Shown here: one piece after another, positions 19,442 to 29,931 of the stretch | Position numbering within the stretch: position 1 is the stretch's first letter | How the letters are laid out: each line of letters begins with the position of its first letter | NCBI GenBank assembly: GCA_963783305.1 | Contig: CAWAMW010000006.1 | Coordinates: 96,001-160,000, forward strand | Origin: an uncultured Gemmatimonadales bacterium | GTDB taxonomy: Bacteria > Gemmatimonadota > Gemmatimonadetes > Longimicrobiales > RSA9 | Direction of reading: 5' to 3' | DNA length: 64,000 bases | The notes under the pieces: generated by a model | Database searches by the model: none | The model's input: the letters and a program-made list of their open reading frames with translations, nothing else | What the model was told of the DNA's origin: nothing | Translations under genes and position numbers: made by a program

Positions 19442-20437
19442 ATGCGAGACGACCTCCATGGCTCCGCGTTGCGGGTGGACGCGGACTTCGCCCACGATGT
19501 CCTGGGTGACCTTTACGCGTACCGGCGGAAGCGGCGCCTGATCGCCTGGCTCCTCTGGGGGGTGTTGGGGTGGCTTGGCGCCCACCGGTTCTATCTGGAG
19601 AGGCCGGGGAGCGGCCTGGCGCAGATGCTAACCGGCGGCGGTCTGCTCGTCTGGTGGGTCGCGGACGCGTGGCGTATTGGCCGGCTGGTCCGGGAGCACA
19701 ACAACGAGCAGGAGGCGCGTGAGTGCGCGGGTGACCCACCCATCGAGTTGTCGTTCATGCCCCCGCGGGCGGTGGATGTCCTGAATGATCCACCGGAGTG
19801 GACGGTCCGATGGAGCCAGCGGGGCACCGCCTGGCGGGGAGCTCGGCTGGCCGGTGACCTGCTGGTGCTGCTCGTCGCCGGCAGTGCCCTCGGGGCTCTC
19901 GCGGGTGTAGAGGGTGGAACCGAGGCGGTGTTCGCCGTGGTGTGCCTCATCGGGGTGACGCTCCTCGGTGGGCGCGTCGACTGGCTCGACGGAGTGCCAG
20001 GGGCTCAGCTACTGGTCCGCTGGAGCCACCGTCTCCGGCTGTATTACTATTTCAATCGACCCGGCTCCCCACCAGGGCTCCTGCTGCGTGGCGCCACCGC
20101 GCTGATCCTCGCCCCGTTCCGGCGCCAGGACCGTGCGGAAGTGCAGCTCTATCTGGAGCTCGGCGGCGTTTTCACCCTCGGCTTCATGGCCCTGGATCTC
20201 GTCGAGGACCTCGTGCTGCCCCTCCTCCGCACGGGGCTCTCCGCCATCTCGCCCCTCCACCTTGCCGCCCTCTGGTTCCAGGAGCTCTTCCTGACGTTCC
20301 TGGTGATCTACGCTTTTGCCGCTCCCGTGGGCGCGATTCTCACTCTCTACCTGCTGACACGTCGGACCCACACCCTCCCACGGCTCCTCGGCGCTCTCAC
20401 GCTCCTCTTCATCGCCATGGGCGCCTCAGCCTGCTGA
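19442..20437 (+). CDS. TM2/NINE-domain membrane protein
   Basis: AWLLW..LGWLGAHRFYL...LTGGGL..WW..D motif followed by several TM segments. Confidence 0.75.
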   Translation: MRDDLHGSALRVDADFAHDVLGDLYAYRRKRRLIAWLLWGVLGWLGAHRFYLERPGSGLAQMLTGGGLLVWWVADAWRIGRLVREHNNEQEARECAGDPPIELSFMPPRAVDVLNDPPEWTVRWSQRGTAWRGARLAGDLLVLLVAGSALGALAGVEGGTEAVFAVVCLIGVTLLGGRVDWLDGVPGAQLLVRWSHRLRLYYYFNRPGSPPGLLLRGATALILAPFRRQDRAEVQLYLELGGVFTLGFMALDLVEDLVLPLLRTGLSAISPLHLAALWFQELFLTFLVIYAFAAPVGAILTLYLLTRRTHTLPRLLGALTLLFIAMGASAC

Positions 20438-20480
20438 CCAGCCTCCCTCCAGAACATCGATCCTCGCGGGACCGGGGTAC

Positions 20481-20515
20481 AAAAAAAACCGCCCCGGTGA
20501 CCCGGGGCGGCTTTT
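20481..20515. terminator. bidirectional intrinsic terminator between convergent genes
   Basis: A8-CCGCCCCGG-TGAC-CCGGGGCGG-CTTTT. Confidence 0.85.
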
Positions 20516-20536
20516 CCGTTCAGGCGTGGCGGAAGG

Positions 20537-20743
20537 TCAGACCTTCTGCACGTTCTCCGCCGCCGGGCCCTTCTGGCCCTGTACGACGTCGAACTCGACC
20601 TTGTCGCCCTCGCTCAGGCTCTTGAAGCCCTGGCCCTGGATCGCGCTGTGATGGACGAAGCAGTCCTTGCTGCCGTCCTCAGGCGTGATGAAGCCAAAGC
20701 CCTTTTCGTCGTTGAACCACTTCACGGTTCCCGTGGTACGCAT
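20537..20743 (-). CDS. cspA: cold-shock protein
   Basis: [31 protein letters not shown]. Confidence 0.97.
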   Translation of the reverse strand: MRTTGTVKWFNDEKGFGFITPEDGSKDCFVHHSAIQGQGFKSLSEGDKVEFDVVQGQKGPAAENVQKV

Positions 20744-20833
20744 AATACCGTACTCCCTGTGTTCTGGTGCTGGTGCCGTCGGGGTCCGGTATTTCCGTAC
20801 CTCACGCGCTCACCTTACCCATTGGCGGATGTG

Positions 20834-20864
20834 AAAAAGACCTGGGCGTCTTGGGCCCAGGTCC
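20834..20864 (-). terminator. terminator-like hairpin between the PepSY gene and cspA
   Basis: Minus strand GGACCTGGGC-CCAAGAC-GCCCAGGTC-TTTTT. Confidence 0.7.
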
Positions 20865-20937
20865 TCGCGTTGCCGGGCTCCGACCGCCGGAGCTTTTCGA
20901 TCCACCGCAGGGAACATTATGGCTGAGAGGCTACGTG

Positions 20938-21540
20938 TCAAGAGGGATGCGCCGCGCGCTGTGGCTCCCGGCTCTCCAGCCGCTTCCGTCGGAGTCGCTT
21001 CGGGCCATACCACATCCAGAACCCGCTCGCCGACAGGAGCAGGAGCCCGACCCCCAACGCGTTCATGGCGATCAGCTTGAACGCACCGCTGATGATGGAC
21101 CCGTCGTGGATCCTCTCGATCCAGTCGGAGTGGCGCCGGGCCACGGATCGCACCTCCGCGGAGGCGCCGTCCACCTGTACCTCCCAGTCAGCGGGGAAAA
21201 GCACCTTCACCACGCCGTCCGCGGGCCTCACATCGAGGCGATCCGGGACCGTGCGGTCCGACGCACCCGGCCCCAGCCTGGCCTCGAGTGCCGCCGCTGC
21301 CACGGCCGCCAGCTCGTGCAGCGGCCGCCACTCGTCGAGACTCGCCGCCTGCCCCCGCTGCGTGGGCGGCTGGAGCATGTCGCTGTTCTTCTTCCACCCG
21401 AGGAGGATCCCCGTGGTGCTGCTGACCACCACCAGGACCAGGAGCCAGAGCGCCGCCACGCCGTGGAGGGACCTGACCCCGCGGAGCACCCGCACTCGTA
21501 CGGCTGCGCCGCCCCGTCCTCTTTCGCTGCTTCGCGCCAT
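20938..21540 (-). CDS. PepSY-associated TM helix membrane protein
   Basis: RSLH...TGILL TM; EVQVDGAS; DWIERIHDG; SGFWMWYGP. Confidence 0.75.
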   Translation of the reverse strand: MARSSERGRGGAAVRVRVLRGVRSLHGVAALWLLVLVVVSSTTGILLGWKKNSDMLQPPTQRGQAASLDEWRPLHELAAVAAAALEARLGPGASDRTVPDRLDVRPADGVVKVLFPADWEVQVDGASAEVRSVARRHSDWIERIHDGSIISGAFKLIAMNALGVGLLLLSASGFWMWYGPKRLRRKRLESREPQRAAHPS

Positions 21541-21753
21541 CTATTGCCGTCTCTTCGCCGTTCCCGTCCAGTGCCGGGGGTCGCGGCCCGAGTCTTCTCG
21601 AGCGTCCCGCGCATACGTAACCCGGCACCGCGGCCGGGTTCCTGAACGGATCAGTGGGTGAAGGTACGGACAGCGAGCAGAGCCAGCGAGAGCTCCGTTT
21701 CGGGCCGCGCGGAGGCGAGCTGGAGGAAAGCCGGCGGGACTCAGAGGCAGTCT

Positions 21754-22398
21754 TCAGTCCACATGCGGCCGCTCGATTCGGCGGATCTCACCGAGCAGCG
21801 TGTACTGGTCGAGCCCGAGACGACCCACGGGCCGCAGGGATTCCACATCCACGGTCATGGTCTCCTCCTCGACCGCCAGCGACGGAGCGAGCCGAACGGC
21901 CATTACCTTCCCGATAACCAGGGTGTTCGGAGCGTCCAGGTCCACCACCTTGAACAGCCTGCACTCCAGGACCGCCGGCGCATCCGCCACGTAGGGCGCG
22001 TCCACGGACTCGCACTGCGCCGCCACCAGCCCGGCCTTCCCGAACTCGTCCGTCCCTCGCGGCCATTCCCCCGAGGTCCGGACCATCGCCTCCAGATGCT
22101 GCTCGGTCACGATGTTCACCGAGAACGCCTCTGTATCCTGGATATTCAGGAGCGTGTCCTTCCACGCCGCATCGCCACTCGGTCCGCGACGCTGTCCGAT
22201 GGAGGCGCCCACAAGCATCGCCGTTGCCGAGAGGCCGTTGAAATAGCTGAACGGGGCCAGGTTCGGACCCGTTGAGGCGGACTGGGTCCCGAGCCAGCCG
22301 ATCGGCCGAGGGACCACCAGCGAGGTCAGGAGCCGGTAGCGCTGGCGGCCAGAAAGAGCGTCGGTGCGGAAGAGGCCATCGGAGCGGTCGTGGCTCAT
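21754..22398 (-). CDS. flavin reductase family protein (DIM6/NTAB)
   Basis: VVPRPIGW, NLAPFSYFN, KDTLLNI, DEF..AGL, PVGRLG..Y. Confidence 0.9.
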   Translation of the reverse strand: MSHDRSDGLFRTDALSGRQRYRLLTSLVVPRPIGWLGTQSASTGPNLAPFSYFNGLSATAMLVGASIGQRRGPSGDAAWKDTLLNIQDTEAFSVNIVTEQHLEAMVRTSGEWPRGTDEFGKAGLVAAQCESVDAPYVADAPAVLECRLFKVVDLDAPNTLVIGKVMAVRLAPSLAVEEETMTVDVESLRPVGRLGLDQYTLLGEIRRIERPHVD

Positions 22399-22577
22399 GG
22401 TGTTTCGTGTCTCAGGAAATCTGGGCCGGGGACCCCCGGCGCACCCGCAGCGGGTAGGATGCAAGCCGGGTGCGCGGCGCCGTGCCCGTGGCCCACGCCG
22501 GTTCGTTTCATGCAGTGTCGAGGCGTGCGCGGTGTGCCCCTGGAGCGCCCCGCCACGGACGGAACGGGAGGAGCGGG

Positions 22578-23444
22578 ATGGCAGAAATCACGGGCACGGC
22601 GGCGGAGAGCGGAACATTTCCGATCGGGGGCGACCTGGCCGTGCATCGCCTCGGCTTCGGCGCCATGCGGATCGTGGGGGACGGAGTGTGGGGCCCACCG
22701 GCGAACCGGCAGGAGATGGTCGAGTTGGTGCGTCGGGTGCCGCAACTCGGCATCGACTTCATCGATACCGCCGATTCCTACGGTCCGTTCATCAGCGAGG
22801 AGATCATCGCCGAGGCGCTCCACCCGTATCCGGAGGGCCTCGTGATCGCCACCAAGGCCGGCCTGATGCGCAGTGGGCCCGGAGAGTGGGAGCCCAATGG
22901 CCGGCCGGAGCACCTCCGCGAGCGGTGCGAGGGCAGCCTGCGGCGGCTGAAGGTCGACCGGATCGACCTTTTCCAGCTCCACCGGATCGATCCCGACGTC
23001 CCCACCGCCGACCAGTTCGGTGCACTCAAGCGTCTCCAGGAGGAGGGAAAGGTGCGGCACGTGGGGCTCTCCGAGGTCTCGGTGGAGGATATCGAGCGGG
23101 CCCGCGAGACCCTCGATGTCGTATCCGTGCAGAACAAGTACAACCTCGCCGAACGGGAGTCGGACGACGTGGTGGATTACTGCGAGCGGGAGGGGATCGC
23201 GTTCATCCCCTGGTACCCGTTGAAAGCAGGCCCCCTCACCACGGGGGACGGTCCGCTGAGCGACCTGGTCGGCGATCTCGACGCGACGCCGGCGCAGATC
23301 GCACTGGCCTGGCTCCTGCACCGCTCACCGGTCATCCTGCCGATCCCGGGGACGTCCAGCGTGGAGCACCTGGAGGAGAATACCGCGGCGGCACAAATTA
23401 CTCTTGACGCCGAGACGATGGCCCGGCTCGACAACGTAGCCTGA
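22578..23444 (+). CDS. aldo/keto reductase
   Basis: [46 protein letters not shown]. Confidence 0.93.
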   Translation: MAEITGTAAESGTFPIGGDLAVHRLGFGAMRIVGDGVWGPPANRQEMVELVRRVPQLGIDFIDTADSYGPFISEEIIAEALHPYPEGLVIATKAGLMRSGPGEWEPNGRPEHLRERCEGSLRRLKVDRIDLFQLHRIDPDVPTADQFGALKRLQEEGKVRHVGLSEVSVEDIERARETLDVVSVQNKYNLAERESDDVVDYCEREGIAFIPWYPLKAGPLTTGDGPLSDLVGDLDATPAQIALAWLLHRSPVILPIPGTSSVEHLEENTAAAQITLDAETMARLDNVA

Positions 23445-23528
23445 GCCGGCAAGGACCGACGAAGATCGCGCTCCCGGCGGGCGGCGCGCTATCTTGATCG
23501 AGCACGCCCGCCTGAACCCGACTGCACC

Positions 23529-23852
23529 ATGGAGCTCGAGATCCACAACCCTGAGCTGACGCCTTCCGTGGTCCCCGCTTCCGCCACCGACCGGAGGGCC
23601 GTCGAGGTGTTCGCCCTCTCGTTCGATGGCTATGCGCACTGGGGCGACCGCTGCGGCTCTCTCGCCACGGCCGCGGCTTCGGCTTTCCACGCGGTTGGCA
23701 CGCTTCCCGCCGACCTGTCGGATCTGCGCGCGTGCCTGTTCTACGAGCACCAGCGCTGGCGCTGGCTGCCGCAGGACCCGGAGGACTCCGACCGCGCCTA
23801 CCTCCAGGCGCTGCTCGACGCCATCCGAGTTGCCACGTCCTCCACCGACTGA
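23529..23852 (+). CDS. conserved-looking hypothetical protein
   Basis: FALSFDGY, LRACLFYE.QRWR; 4 nt upstream of the HD hydrolase gene. Confidence 0.65.
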   Translation: MELEIHNPELTPSVVPASATDRRAVEVFALSFDGYAHWGDRCGSLATAAASAFHAVGTLPADLSDLRACLFYEHQRWRWLPQDPEDSDRAYLQALLDAIRVATSSTD

Positions 23853-23856
23853 CCTC

Positions 23857-24432
23857 GTGGACGACACCGCTCCACCCCAGGCTCGGCTCCTCTCCGCACT
23901 CCATTTCGCCGCCGACAAGCACCGCGATCAGCGGCGTAAAGGCGAGAACTCCTCGCCGTACATCAACCACCCGATCGTGGTGGCCGAGACCCTGTCCCGC
24001 CACGGCGTGACCGACTCCGTCACCCTCCAGGCCGCCATTCTCCACGACACCCTCGAGGACACCGAGACGACCCCTCAAGAGCTCGAACGGCATTTCGGCG
24101 CGCAGGTCCGCGACGTGGTCCTCGAAGTCACCGACGACCACGCCCTCCCGAAGCGCCAGCGGAAAGAGGCACAGGTCACGAACGCCGCGTCCCTCTCCCA
24201 TCGCGCCAAGCTCGTACGCATTGCGGATAAGATCAGCAACGTACACGACGTACTCCACGCGCCCCCCACCGACTGGTCCGTCGACTGGCGCCTCGGCTAC
24301 GTGGAGTGGACCGAGCGCGTCATGACCGGGTGCCGGGGCACCCACGCCGCCCTGGAAGCGCACTACGACCGCGTCCTCCGCGCCGCCCGCGACGCGCTCA
24401 CCTCCTCCGCGACCCCCACCGACCCTACCTGA
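23857..24432 (+). CDS. HD-domain small alarmone hydrolase (Mesh1/SpoT-HD-like)
   Basis: FAADKHRDQRRK, PYINHP, LHDTLEDT, EVTDD, ADKISN. Confidence 0.9.
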   Translation: MDDTAPPQARLLSALHFAADKHRDQRRKGENSSPYINHPIVVAETLSRHGVTDSVTLQAAILHDTLEDTETTPQELERHFGAQVRDVVLEVTDDHALPKRQRKEAQVTNAASLSHRAKLVRIADKISNVHDVLHAPPTDWSVDWRLGYVEWTERVMTGCRGTHAALEAHYDRVLRAARDALTSSATPTDPT

Positions 24433-24465
24433 CGAGCCCCCGCCGGCCGATTTGGGCGTCCGCCC

Positions 24466-24494
24466 TTGACATTCATCATACGAATATGAAGAAT
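24466..24494 (+). promoter_or_regulatory. sigma70-type promoter overlapped by a palindromic operator
   Basis: TTGACA 24466-24471; 17 nt; AAGAAT 24489-24494; inverted repeat ATTCaTCATA-cgaa-TATGAaGAAT (24471-24494), strikingly AT-rich. Confidence 0.7.
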
Positions 24495-24544
24495 TGGTCG
24501 AGGAGTTTACTCGGACGCACGCGCCACGGGCAGGGAGGGGGCAG

Positions 24545-25834
24545 ATGAACGCGACGACCACAGCGCCGCCACCGGCGGGCCCCCGGGGCCTGGCCGGGCG
24601 CAATGCCCCGCCGTTCCTGCTGCCGGGAGAGCACTTCGCGGCGGGCGTGGTGTTCCTTCTGGCAGGTGCGGTGGGGCTCATCTGGGTGGCGCCTGAAGCG
24701 GCGATGGGGGCGTATCCATCGTCGCGGGTGGTGGGGGTAACGCACCTTTTCACGCTGGGCTGGATCACGCTCTCGATCTGGGGCGCGCTGTACCAGTTCC
24801 TGCCCGTCGCGCTCGGGGAGCCGATCCGTTGGCAGAGGCTGGCGCACGTGACGTTCGGGCTGTTCGTGCCGGGTCTGGTCTCGTTCGTGGTGGGGCTGCT
24901 CTGGGGCGGTTCGGGCCTGCTGCTGGGCGGTGCGGCGGCGTTCGGCGCTGCGGTGCTGCTCTTCGTGGTGAACCTTTCGGCTACGCTGGCGCGGTCGGGG
25001 AAGCGGGACCTGACCTGGTGGTCGCTGGTGGCGGCCGCATTCTACCTGTCGCTCACGTTGATACTGGGACTGACGCTCACAGGCAACCTCCGCTGGGGCT
25101 ATCTGGGGGTGGGGCGCTGGACGGCGCTGGGAGTGCACATGCACGTGGCGTTGGCCGGCTGGGTGGGGATGGTGGTGATCGGGGTGGCGCACCGCCTCAT
25201 GCCGATGTTTCTGCTGAGCCACGGGGCGGGGGAGCGGTGGGGGAAGGCGGCCGGGACGCTCGTGGCCGGAGGCGTCGGGTGGCTGGTGGCCTTCCATCAC
25301 GCCGGGCCCCTGCTGGCCTGGTGGGTCCCGGCGGCGCTGATCGGGGCCGGGCTCGCGTCGTTCCTTGTGCAGGCGCGGAGGTTCTACGCGACGAGGGTGA
25401 AGCGGCAGCTCGACGCCGGCCTGCGGACCGCTGCAGCGGGCCTGGGAATCCTGGCCCTCGGCCTCCTGCTCGGGGGAGTCGTGCTGGCCACGGACCTCGC
25501 TCCCGCCCGGCTGGCGACGGCCTACGGGGCCGCGCTCGTCCTGGGCCTCACGGTTTTCGTTGCGGCTCACTATTACAAGATCGTGCCGTTCCTGGTCTGG
25601 TTCCATCGCTACGGCCCCCGCGTCTCGCAGGGCCCGGTGCCGCGGGTAAGCGAGCTATACTCCGGCCGGGCGGCCACGTGGGCGGGCGGCCTGATGGCGC
25701 TGGGGTCGCTCGGCGTGGTGCTCGGGGTCGTCGCGGGATCAGGTGGGGCGGCGCGCACAGCGGCGGTCCTGCTGGCTGCGGGGGCCGCGATCGAACTGGT
25801 TCAGATGGGGAGGCTCGGATGGAAGAAACCGTGA
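24545..25834 (+). CDS. His-rich polytopic membrane protein (heme-copper oxidase subunit I-like / NnrS-like, uncharacterised)
   Basis: About 12 TM segments with [44 protein letters not shown]. Confidence 0.7.
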   Translation: MNATTTAPPPAGPRGLAGRNAPPFLLPGEHFAAGVVFLLAGAVGLIWVAPEAAMGAYPSSRVVGVTHLFTLGWITLSIWGALYQFLPVALGEPIRWQRLAHVTFGLFVPGLVSFVVGLLWGGSGLLLGGAAAFGAAVLLFVVNLSATLARSGKRDLTWWSLVAAAFYLSLTLILGLTLTGNLRWGYLGVGRWTALGVHMHVALAGWVGMVVIGVAHRLMPMFLLSHGAGERWGKAAGTLVAGGVGWLVAFHHAGPLLAWWVPAALIGAGLASFLVQARRFYATRVKRQLDAGLRTAAAGLGILALGLLLGGVVLATDLAPARLATAYGAALVLGLTVFVAAHYYKIVPFLVWFHRYGPRVSQGPVPRVSELYSGRAATWAGGLMALGSLGVVLGVVAGSGGAARTAAVLLAAGAAIELVQMGRLGWKKP

Positions 25835-26115
25835 GTCTGACGGAGGCCGGCGTCTACGGCGCGCTGCGGGACGTCATCGATCCGGAGGTGGGGCTGGATA
25901 TCGTCACCATGGGGCTCGTGTACGGGGTGCGCATCGAGGACGGTGTGGTCACGGTGCGCTACAGCCTCACGACGCCGGGGTGCCCAATGGAGATGCACAT
26001 CACCAACGGGATCGTGGGGATGGTGGCGGGCCTGGAGGGCGTGCGGGACGTGGTGCCGGAGCTGGTGTGGGAGCCGGCATGGACGCCGGGCATGATCGCG
26101 GAGGACGCCTGGTGA
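25819..26115 (+). CDS. DUF59/SufT metal-sulfur cluster assembly factor
   Basis: [31 protein letters not shown]; alternative start GTG 25831. Confidence 0.9.
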   Translation: MEETVSLTEAGVYGALRDVIDPEVGLDIVTMGLVYGVRIEDGVVTVRYSLTTPGCPMEMHITNGIVGMVAGLEGVRDVVPELVWEPAWTPGMIAEDAW

Positions 26116-26723
26116 CGCTGAGGGAGAGACTTGAGCGCTTGAGCGAGGAGGGGGACATGGCGGTATCGGGGGCGGGTCGACCGGAGCGTATAGAGGGTCT
26201 GCCGCGGGACCGGATCGTGGAGCTGGATGTCCGCGAGGACCTGCGGGAAGGACGGGAGCCGTTCGCGAGGATCATGGCAGCGCGAGGGCAGGTGCCTGAG
26301 GGGGGCGCTCTGATGCTGCGGGCCATCTTCGAGCCGGCGCCCCTGTATGCGGTCCTGGGTAAACAGGGCTGGAGCCACTGGACGGACCAGCGGGGCGAGG
26401 AGGACTGGGTGGTGTGGTTCTACCGGGACGACGCGTCGTCCGGGGATGCAGCTCCGGCCCAGGGTGGGGCCGAGGAGGCGCTGGAGGATGGTGAGCCGGA
26501 GGGTGCGGTCGTGCTGGACGTGCGGGGGATGGAGCCGCCGGAGCCCATGGTCCGTACCCTGACGGCCCTGGAGTCGCTGTCGAGGGGAGAGACGTTGGTG
26601 CAGATCAACGTGCGGGAGCCGCGATTCCTCCTGCCCCAGCTGGAGGAGCGAGGGTTCGTGTATGAGGTCCGTGAGCAGTCGGAGGACATGGTGCGGGTAT
26701 TCATTCGACACGCCGAGGAGTAG
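26112..26723 (+). CDS. tandem DUF2249 (TusA/SirA-like fold) protein
   Basis: [16 protein letters not shown]...FEPAPLY; second domain [12 protein letters not shown]...REPRFL..QLEERG. Confidence 0.82.
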   Translation: MTLRERLERLSEEGDMAVSGAGRPERIEGLPRDRIVELDVREDLREGREPFARIMAARGQVPEGGALMLRAIFEPAPLYAVLGKQGWSHWTDQRGEEDWVVWFYRDDASSGDAAPAQGGAEEALEDGEPEGAVVLDVRGMEPPEPMVRTLTALESLSRGETLVQINVREPRFLLPQLEERGFVYEVREQSEDMVRVFIRHAEE

Positions 26724-26728
26724 AGACA

Positions 26729-26986
26729 ATGGAGCAGGCGAACATGGAGAGCCGGACCGAGCGGGTGCTGGACGTGCGGGTGATCCCACCGCGGGAGAAG
26801 CACCCGGCGATCTTCACGACGTTCGGTGCGCTGGAGCCGGGTGAGTCGTTCATCCTCGTGAACGACCACGACCCGAAGCCGCTGCGCTACCAGTTCGAGT
26901 TCGAGCACGCGGGGGAGTACGGCTGGGAGTATCTGGAAGAGGGACCGGCGGTCTGGCGAGTCGCGATCTCGCGGCTGGCGGCCTGA
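26729..26986 (+). CDS. DUF2249 protein
   Basis: LDVRVIPPREKH..IF..F, NDHDPKPL, WEYLEEGP..WRV. Confidence 0.87.
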   Translation: MEQANMESRTERVLDVRVIPPREKHPAIFTTFGALEPGESFILVNDHDPKPLRYQFEFEHAGEYGWEYLEEGPAVWRVAISRLAA

Positions 26987-27738
26987 TGCGGCTGGCTTTG
27001 AGCTCGGCGGCTGCGCCCGACGCTCCGTTCGTCGAGCTGCTGGAGGCGGCGGCCCGCCGGGGACTGGCCGCCGTGGAGCTCGTGGATGCGCACGGCAATG
27101 GACACGGCATTTCCCCGGGTCTGATCGGCACCGCTGCGATTGCGCGCGCCGTCGAGCGCGCGCGGGAGGAGGGGCTCGCTATCGCGGGATTCCGACTCCT
27201 CGGCCCGCCGGCCCCTGTGGCCGGCACCGAGATCCGCGTGCTCGAGCGGTTCGCGCGCGCCCTTCGTGCTCCGCTGCTGGTCCCGCTCGAGGCGTCGTTG
27301 GATCGCGGCGTTGCCGGAATGGCGGCTCTGCGCGAGGCCGCCGTGGATGCGCGGCCGATCCTGCCCGCGGCGCGCGCCCTCGAGGCACTGGACGTCCTCG
27401 ATGGGTCCGTCCCGGAGATCGATCTTGCATGGGACGCCGACCCGCGCGTGGGGGACCTGGGGGAGCTCGGGTCGGCACTGCTCTCACGGGTGGGACGGCG
27501 GCTCAGACACGTGGTCCTGCGGGGCGGCGGCCCGGAGGCCACGGAGCAGGAGGGCCGTGGCGTGGGGTCGCTCATGGTGCGCCTGGCCGTGAGCGGCTAC
27601 GACGGCACCATCGCCCTGGCACCCAGCTCCGCGCGCTACCGGGTTATCTGGGATGCGTGGCTCGGCCGGAAGGGTGGGTGGGGGTGCGGGAGCCGGTCGG
27701 AGGACCGGACACTGGTGACGCTGGGAGGAGGACAATGA
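26986..27738 (+). CDS. degenerate sugar-phosphate isomerase/AP endonuclease 2-like TIM-barrel protein
   Basis: MRLALSS.AAPD...GLAAVEL start; LAWD, LRHVVLRGG, GYDGTIAL; C-terminal GWGCGS. Confidence 0.6.
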   Translation: MRLALSSAAAPDAPFVELLEAAARRGLAAVELVDAHGNGHGISPGLIGTAAIARAVERAREEGLAIAGFRLLGPPAPVAGTEIRVLERFARALRAPLLVPLEASLDRGVAGMAALREAAVDARPILPAARALEALDVLDGSVPEIDLAWDADPRVGDLGELGSALLSRVGRRLRHVVLRGGGPEATEQEGRGVGSLMVRLAVSGYDGTIALAPSSARYRVIWDAWLGRKGGWGCGSRSEDRTLVTLGGGQ

Positions 27739-27992
27739 CGAGTCTGGACGTGAGGCCGGTCCCGCCGAAGGACCGCTACGACCGTATCATCGGCACGTAC
27801 GAGGCGCTGCCGGTCGGCAGCCAGATGGAGTTGCTGGTGGACCATGATCCCACCTGCATGTACTACACGCTCAAGGCTACCCGCGGGGACTCCGCTTTCC
27901 AGTTCGACTACCTGGAGAGCGGCCCCGAGATCTGGCGCGTGCGCGTGAGGAAGCTGCTGGACGTCGAGGAGCGGGAGCCGCTTCTGCCCTAG
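27735..27992 (+). CDS. DUF2249 protein (Cys variant)
   Basis: [40 protein letters not shown]. Confidence 0.85.
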   Translation: MTSLDVRPVPPKDRYDRIIGTYEALPVGSQMELLVDHDPTCMYYTLKATRGDSAFQFDYLESGPEIWRVRVRKLLDVEEREPLLP

Positions 27993-28008
27993 GCTCTCGC
28001 AGCCGGGG

Positions 28009-29463
28009 TCACGCCGCGGATGCGGTCCGGTCGTTGTCGCAGTGCCCGCACGACTCCACGTCCCCGGCATCCTGTCCGAAGTACTCCCGCACGAACCGCG
28101 TCCGGCAGCGCGCGTTCCTGCAGTACGAGACCATGGCGTCCAGCTTCTCCCGGTCCGCCTGGCCACGCGCTTCGTAGTCCGTGAGCTGCTCCTGGAGGTC
28201 CGTCTCCGTCACGTCCTCCACCCGGCGCTCCCAGCCATCCCCCCGATACTCGCCCACCGCGCCCTTCCGCTTAAGCAGCGTGAGGAGGATGCGGGTCTTC
28301 CGGACCGGTACGTCCGCGGACGTCGCAATGTCTTCGAGCGACAGCGCCTCCCCGCCGTGCAGTCCGTTCATCACGCGGGCGACCTGGGCCGCCTCGGCGA
28401 GCGAAGGATACCTGCCGCCGAGGAAGTAGCTCTGGATGCGGCGATCCTCCTCTCGGTAGAGGAGGACGCAGCGCGCCCTCTTCCCGTCCCGTCCGGCCCG
28501 ACCGATTTCCTGGTAATACGCCTCCAGCGACCCTGGCAGGTGGTAGTGGATCACGAACCGGATGTCCGGCTTGTCGATGCCGAGCCCGAATGCGTTCGTC
28601 GCGAACACCGCTTTCACCCGCCCGGCCATGAAGGCGTCCTGCGCTTCACGTCGCTGCTTGCCCGTCCGCTGACCGTGGTAGAGCGCCAGGTCGTACTCCT
28701 TTCCCATCTCCTCGAACAGCCGCTCGGCCTCCTTGACCGTGGCGAAGTAGACGATGCCGGTCCCGTCGGTCTCGTCCAGGATCCGCTCCAGCGCTTCCCG
28801 TTTCCGCTCCTCATTCACCGTTCGCTCCAGCTCGAGATGGAGGTTCGGGCGGATGAGGTCGAAATCGAGGTGGTGGGGATCGCGCAGGCCGAGCTGGTCA
28901 CTGATGTCCCGCTGCACGTCGGCGGTGGCGGTGGCCGTGAGCGCGAGGATGGGCGGCCGCCCCAGTCGCTCGGCGACGGATCCGAGCGTCATGTAGTCGG
29001 GCCGGAAATCGTGACCCCACTGCGATATGCAGTGGGCCTCATCCACCACGAACAGGCTCACCTTCCGGTCCATGAGAAGGTCGAAGAACTCCCGGTCCCG
29101 GAACCGCTCCGGCGCCACGTAGAGGATCTCGCCGCCGCCGCCTCCCAGCTGCTCTCGCACGGCCCGCTGTTCGCTGACCCTCAGCGCCGAGTGCACCGCC
29201 AGCGCCTCGACCCCGGCCTTCCGCAGCTTGTCCTGCTGGTCCTTCATCAGCGCGATGAGCGGGGACACCACCACCGTCAGGCCCTGCAGGAGCACGGCCG
29301 GGAGCTGGTACATCAGCGACTTCCCGGAGCCCGTCGGCAGGACGACCATGGCGTCCCGACCCTCGAGTACCGCCCGTATGACTTGCTGCTGCCCCGGCAG
29401 AAAGGCCTCGTGGCCGAAGCGGTCGCGCAGCGTGTCTTTCAGCGACTCACCCGTGCTGCTCAT
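28009..29463 (-). CDS. recQ: RecQ-family helicase (short, no HRDC)
   Basis: [40 protein letters not shown]...YFG..CGHCDN. Confidence 0.92.
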   Translation of the reverse strand: MSSTGESLKDTLRDRFGHEAFLPGQQQVIRAVLEGRDAMVVLPTGSGKSLMYQLPAVLLQGLTVVVSPLIALMKDQQDKLRKAGVEALAVHSALRVSEQRAVREQLGGGGGEILYVAPERFRDREFFDLLMDRKVSLFVVDEAHCISQWGHDFRPDYMTLGSVAERLGRPPILALTATATADVQRDISDQLGLRDPHHLDFDLIRPNLHLELERTVNEERKREALERILDETDGTGIVYFATVKEAERLFEEMGKEYDLALYHGQRTGKQRREAQDAFMAGRVKAVFATNAFGLGIDKPDIRFVIHYHLPGSLEAYYQEIGRAGRDGKRARCVLLYREEDRRIQSYFLGGRYPSLAEAAQVARVMNGLHGGEALSLEDIATSADVPVRKTRILLTLLKRKGAVGEYRGDGWERRVEDVTETDLQEQLTDYEARGQADREKLDAMVSYCRNARCRTRFVREYFGQDAGDVESCGHCDNDRTASAA

Positions 29464-29521
29464 AGCCCCCGTCAGCCCCGGATGCTGTCGGCGATGGCAT
29501 CCGGTTGGTCCTCGGGGAGGG

Positions 29522-29818
29522 TCACTCGAGGCCCTTCGGGTATCTGCCGCGCACCTTCTTCCAGCCCGCGGCCGCGCCTCGCTGCGCCATTAGACGGCCC
29601 AGTCCCACGGCGATCCCCGAAGCCACCGTCCAGGCCAGAGCCTCGCCCCAGTCCACGGACCGCGCCGCCGGGTTCTCCGGCGGCTCCTCCCGCTTCACCA
29701 TCTCCCAGCCGCTCTCCAGCACGTTGCGAACGGCCACGGCCGTCAGGCCCGCGCTCACCAGAGCCACGATGTTCCAGGCCCTCTCCTCACCGCCCGCGAT
29801 ATCCGCCAGAAATGCCAT
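29522..29818 (-). CDS. DUF4235-like small membrane-associated protein
   Basis: W....REEPPENP....WGEALAW pattern; GAGGG RBS. Confidence 0.75.
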   Translation of the reverse strand: MAFLADIAGGEERAWNIVALVSAGLTAVAVRNVLESGWEMVKREEPPENPAARSVDWGEALAWTVASGIAVGLGRLMAQRGAAAGWKKVRGRYPKGLE

Positions 29819-29931
29819 TCCCTCTCCCTCTCTCGCAGTTGCGTTGCGGTGATCCAGGGAGCAAAGGTGGTGCCGCGACGTTGGCCGGTCCCGCCATTCC
29901 GGTGCCCCGAACGGCCCCCCATTCTGGACCC

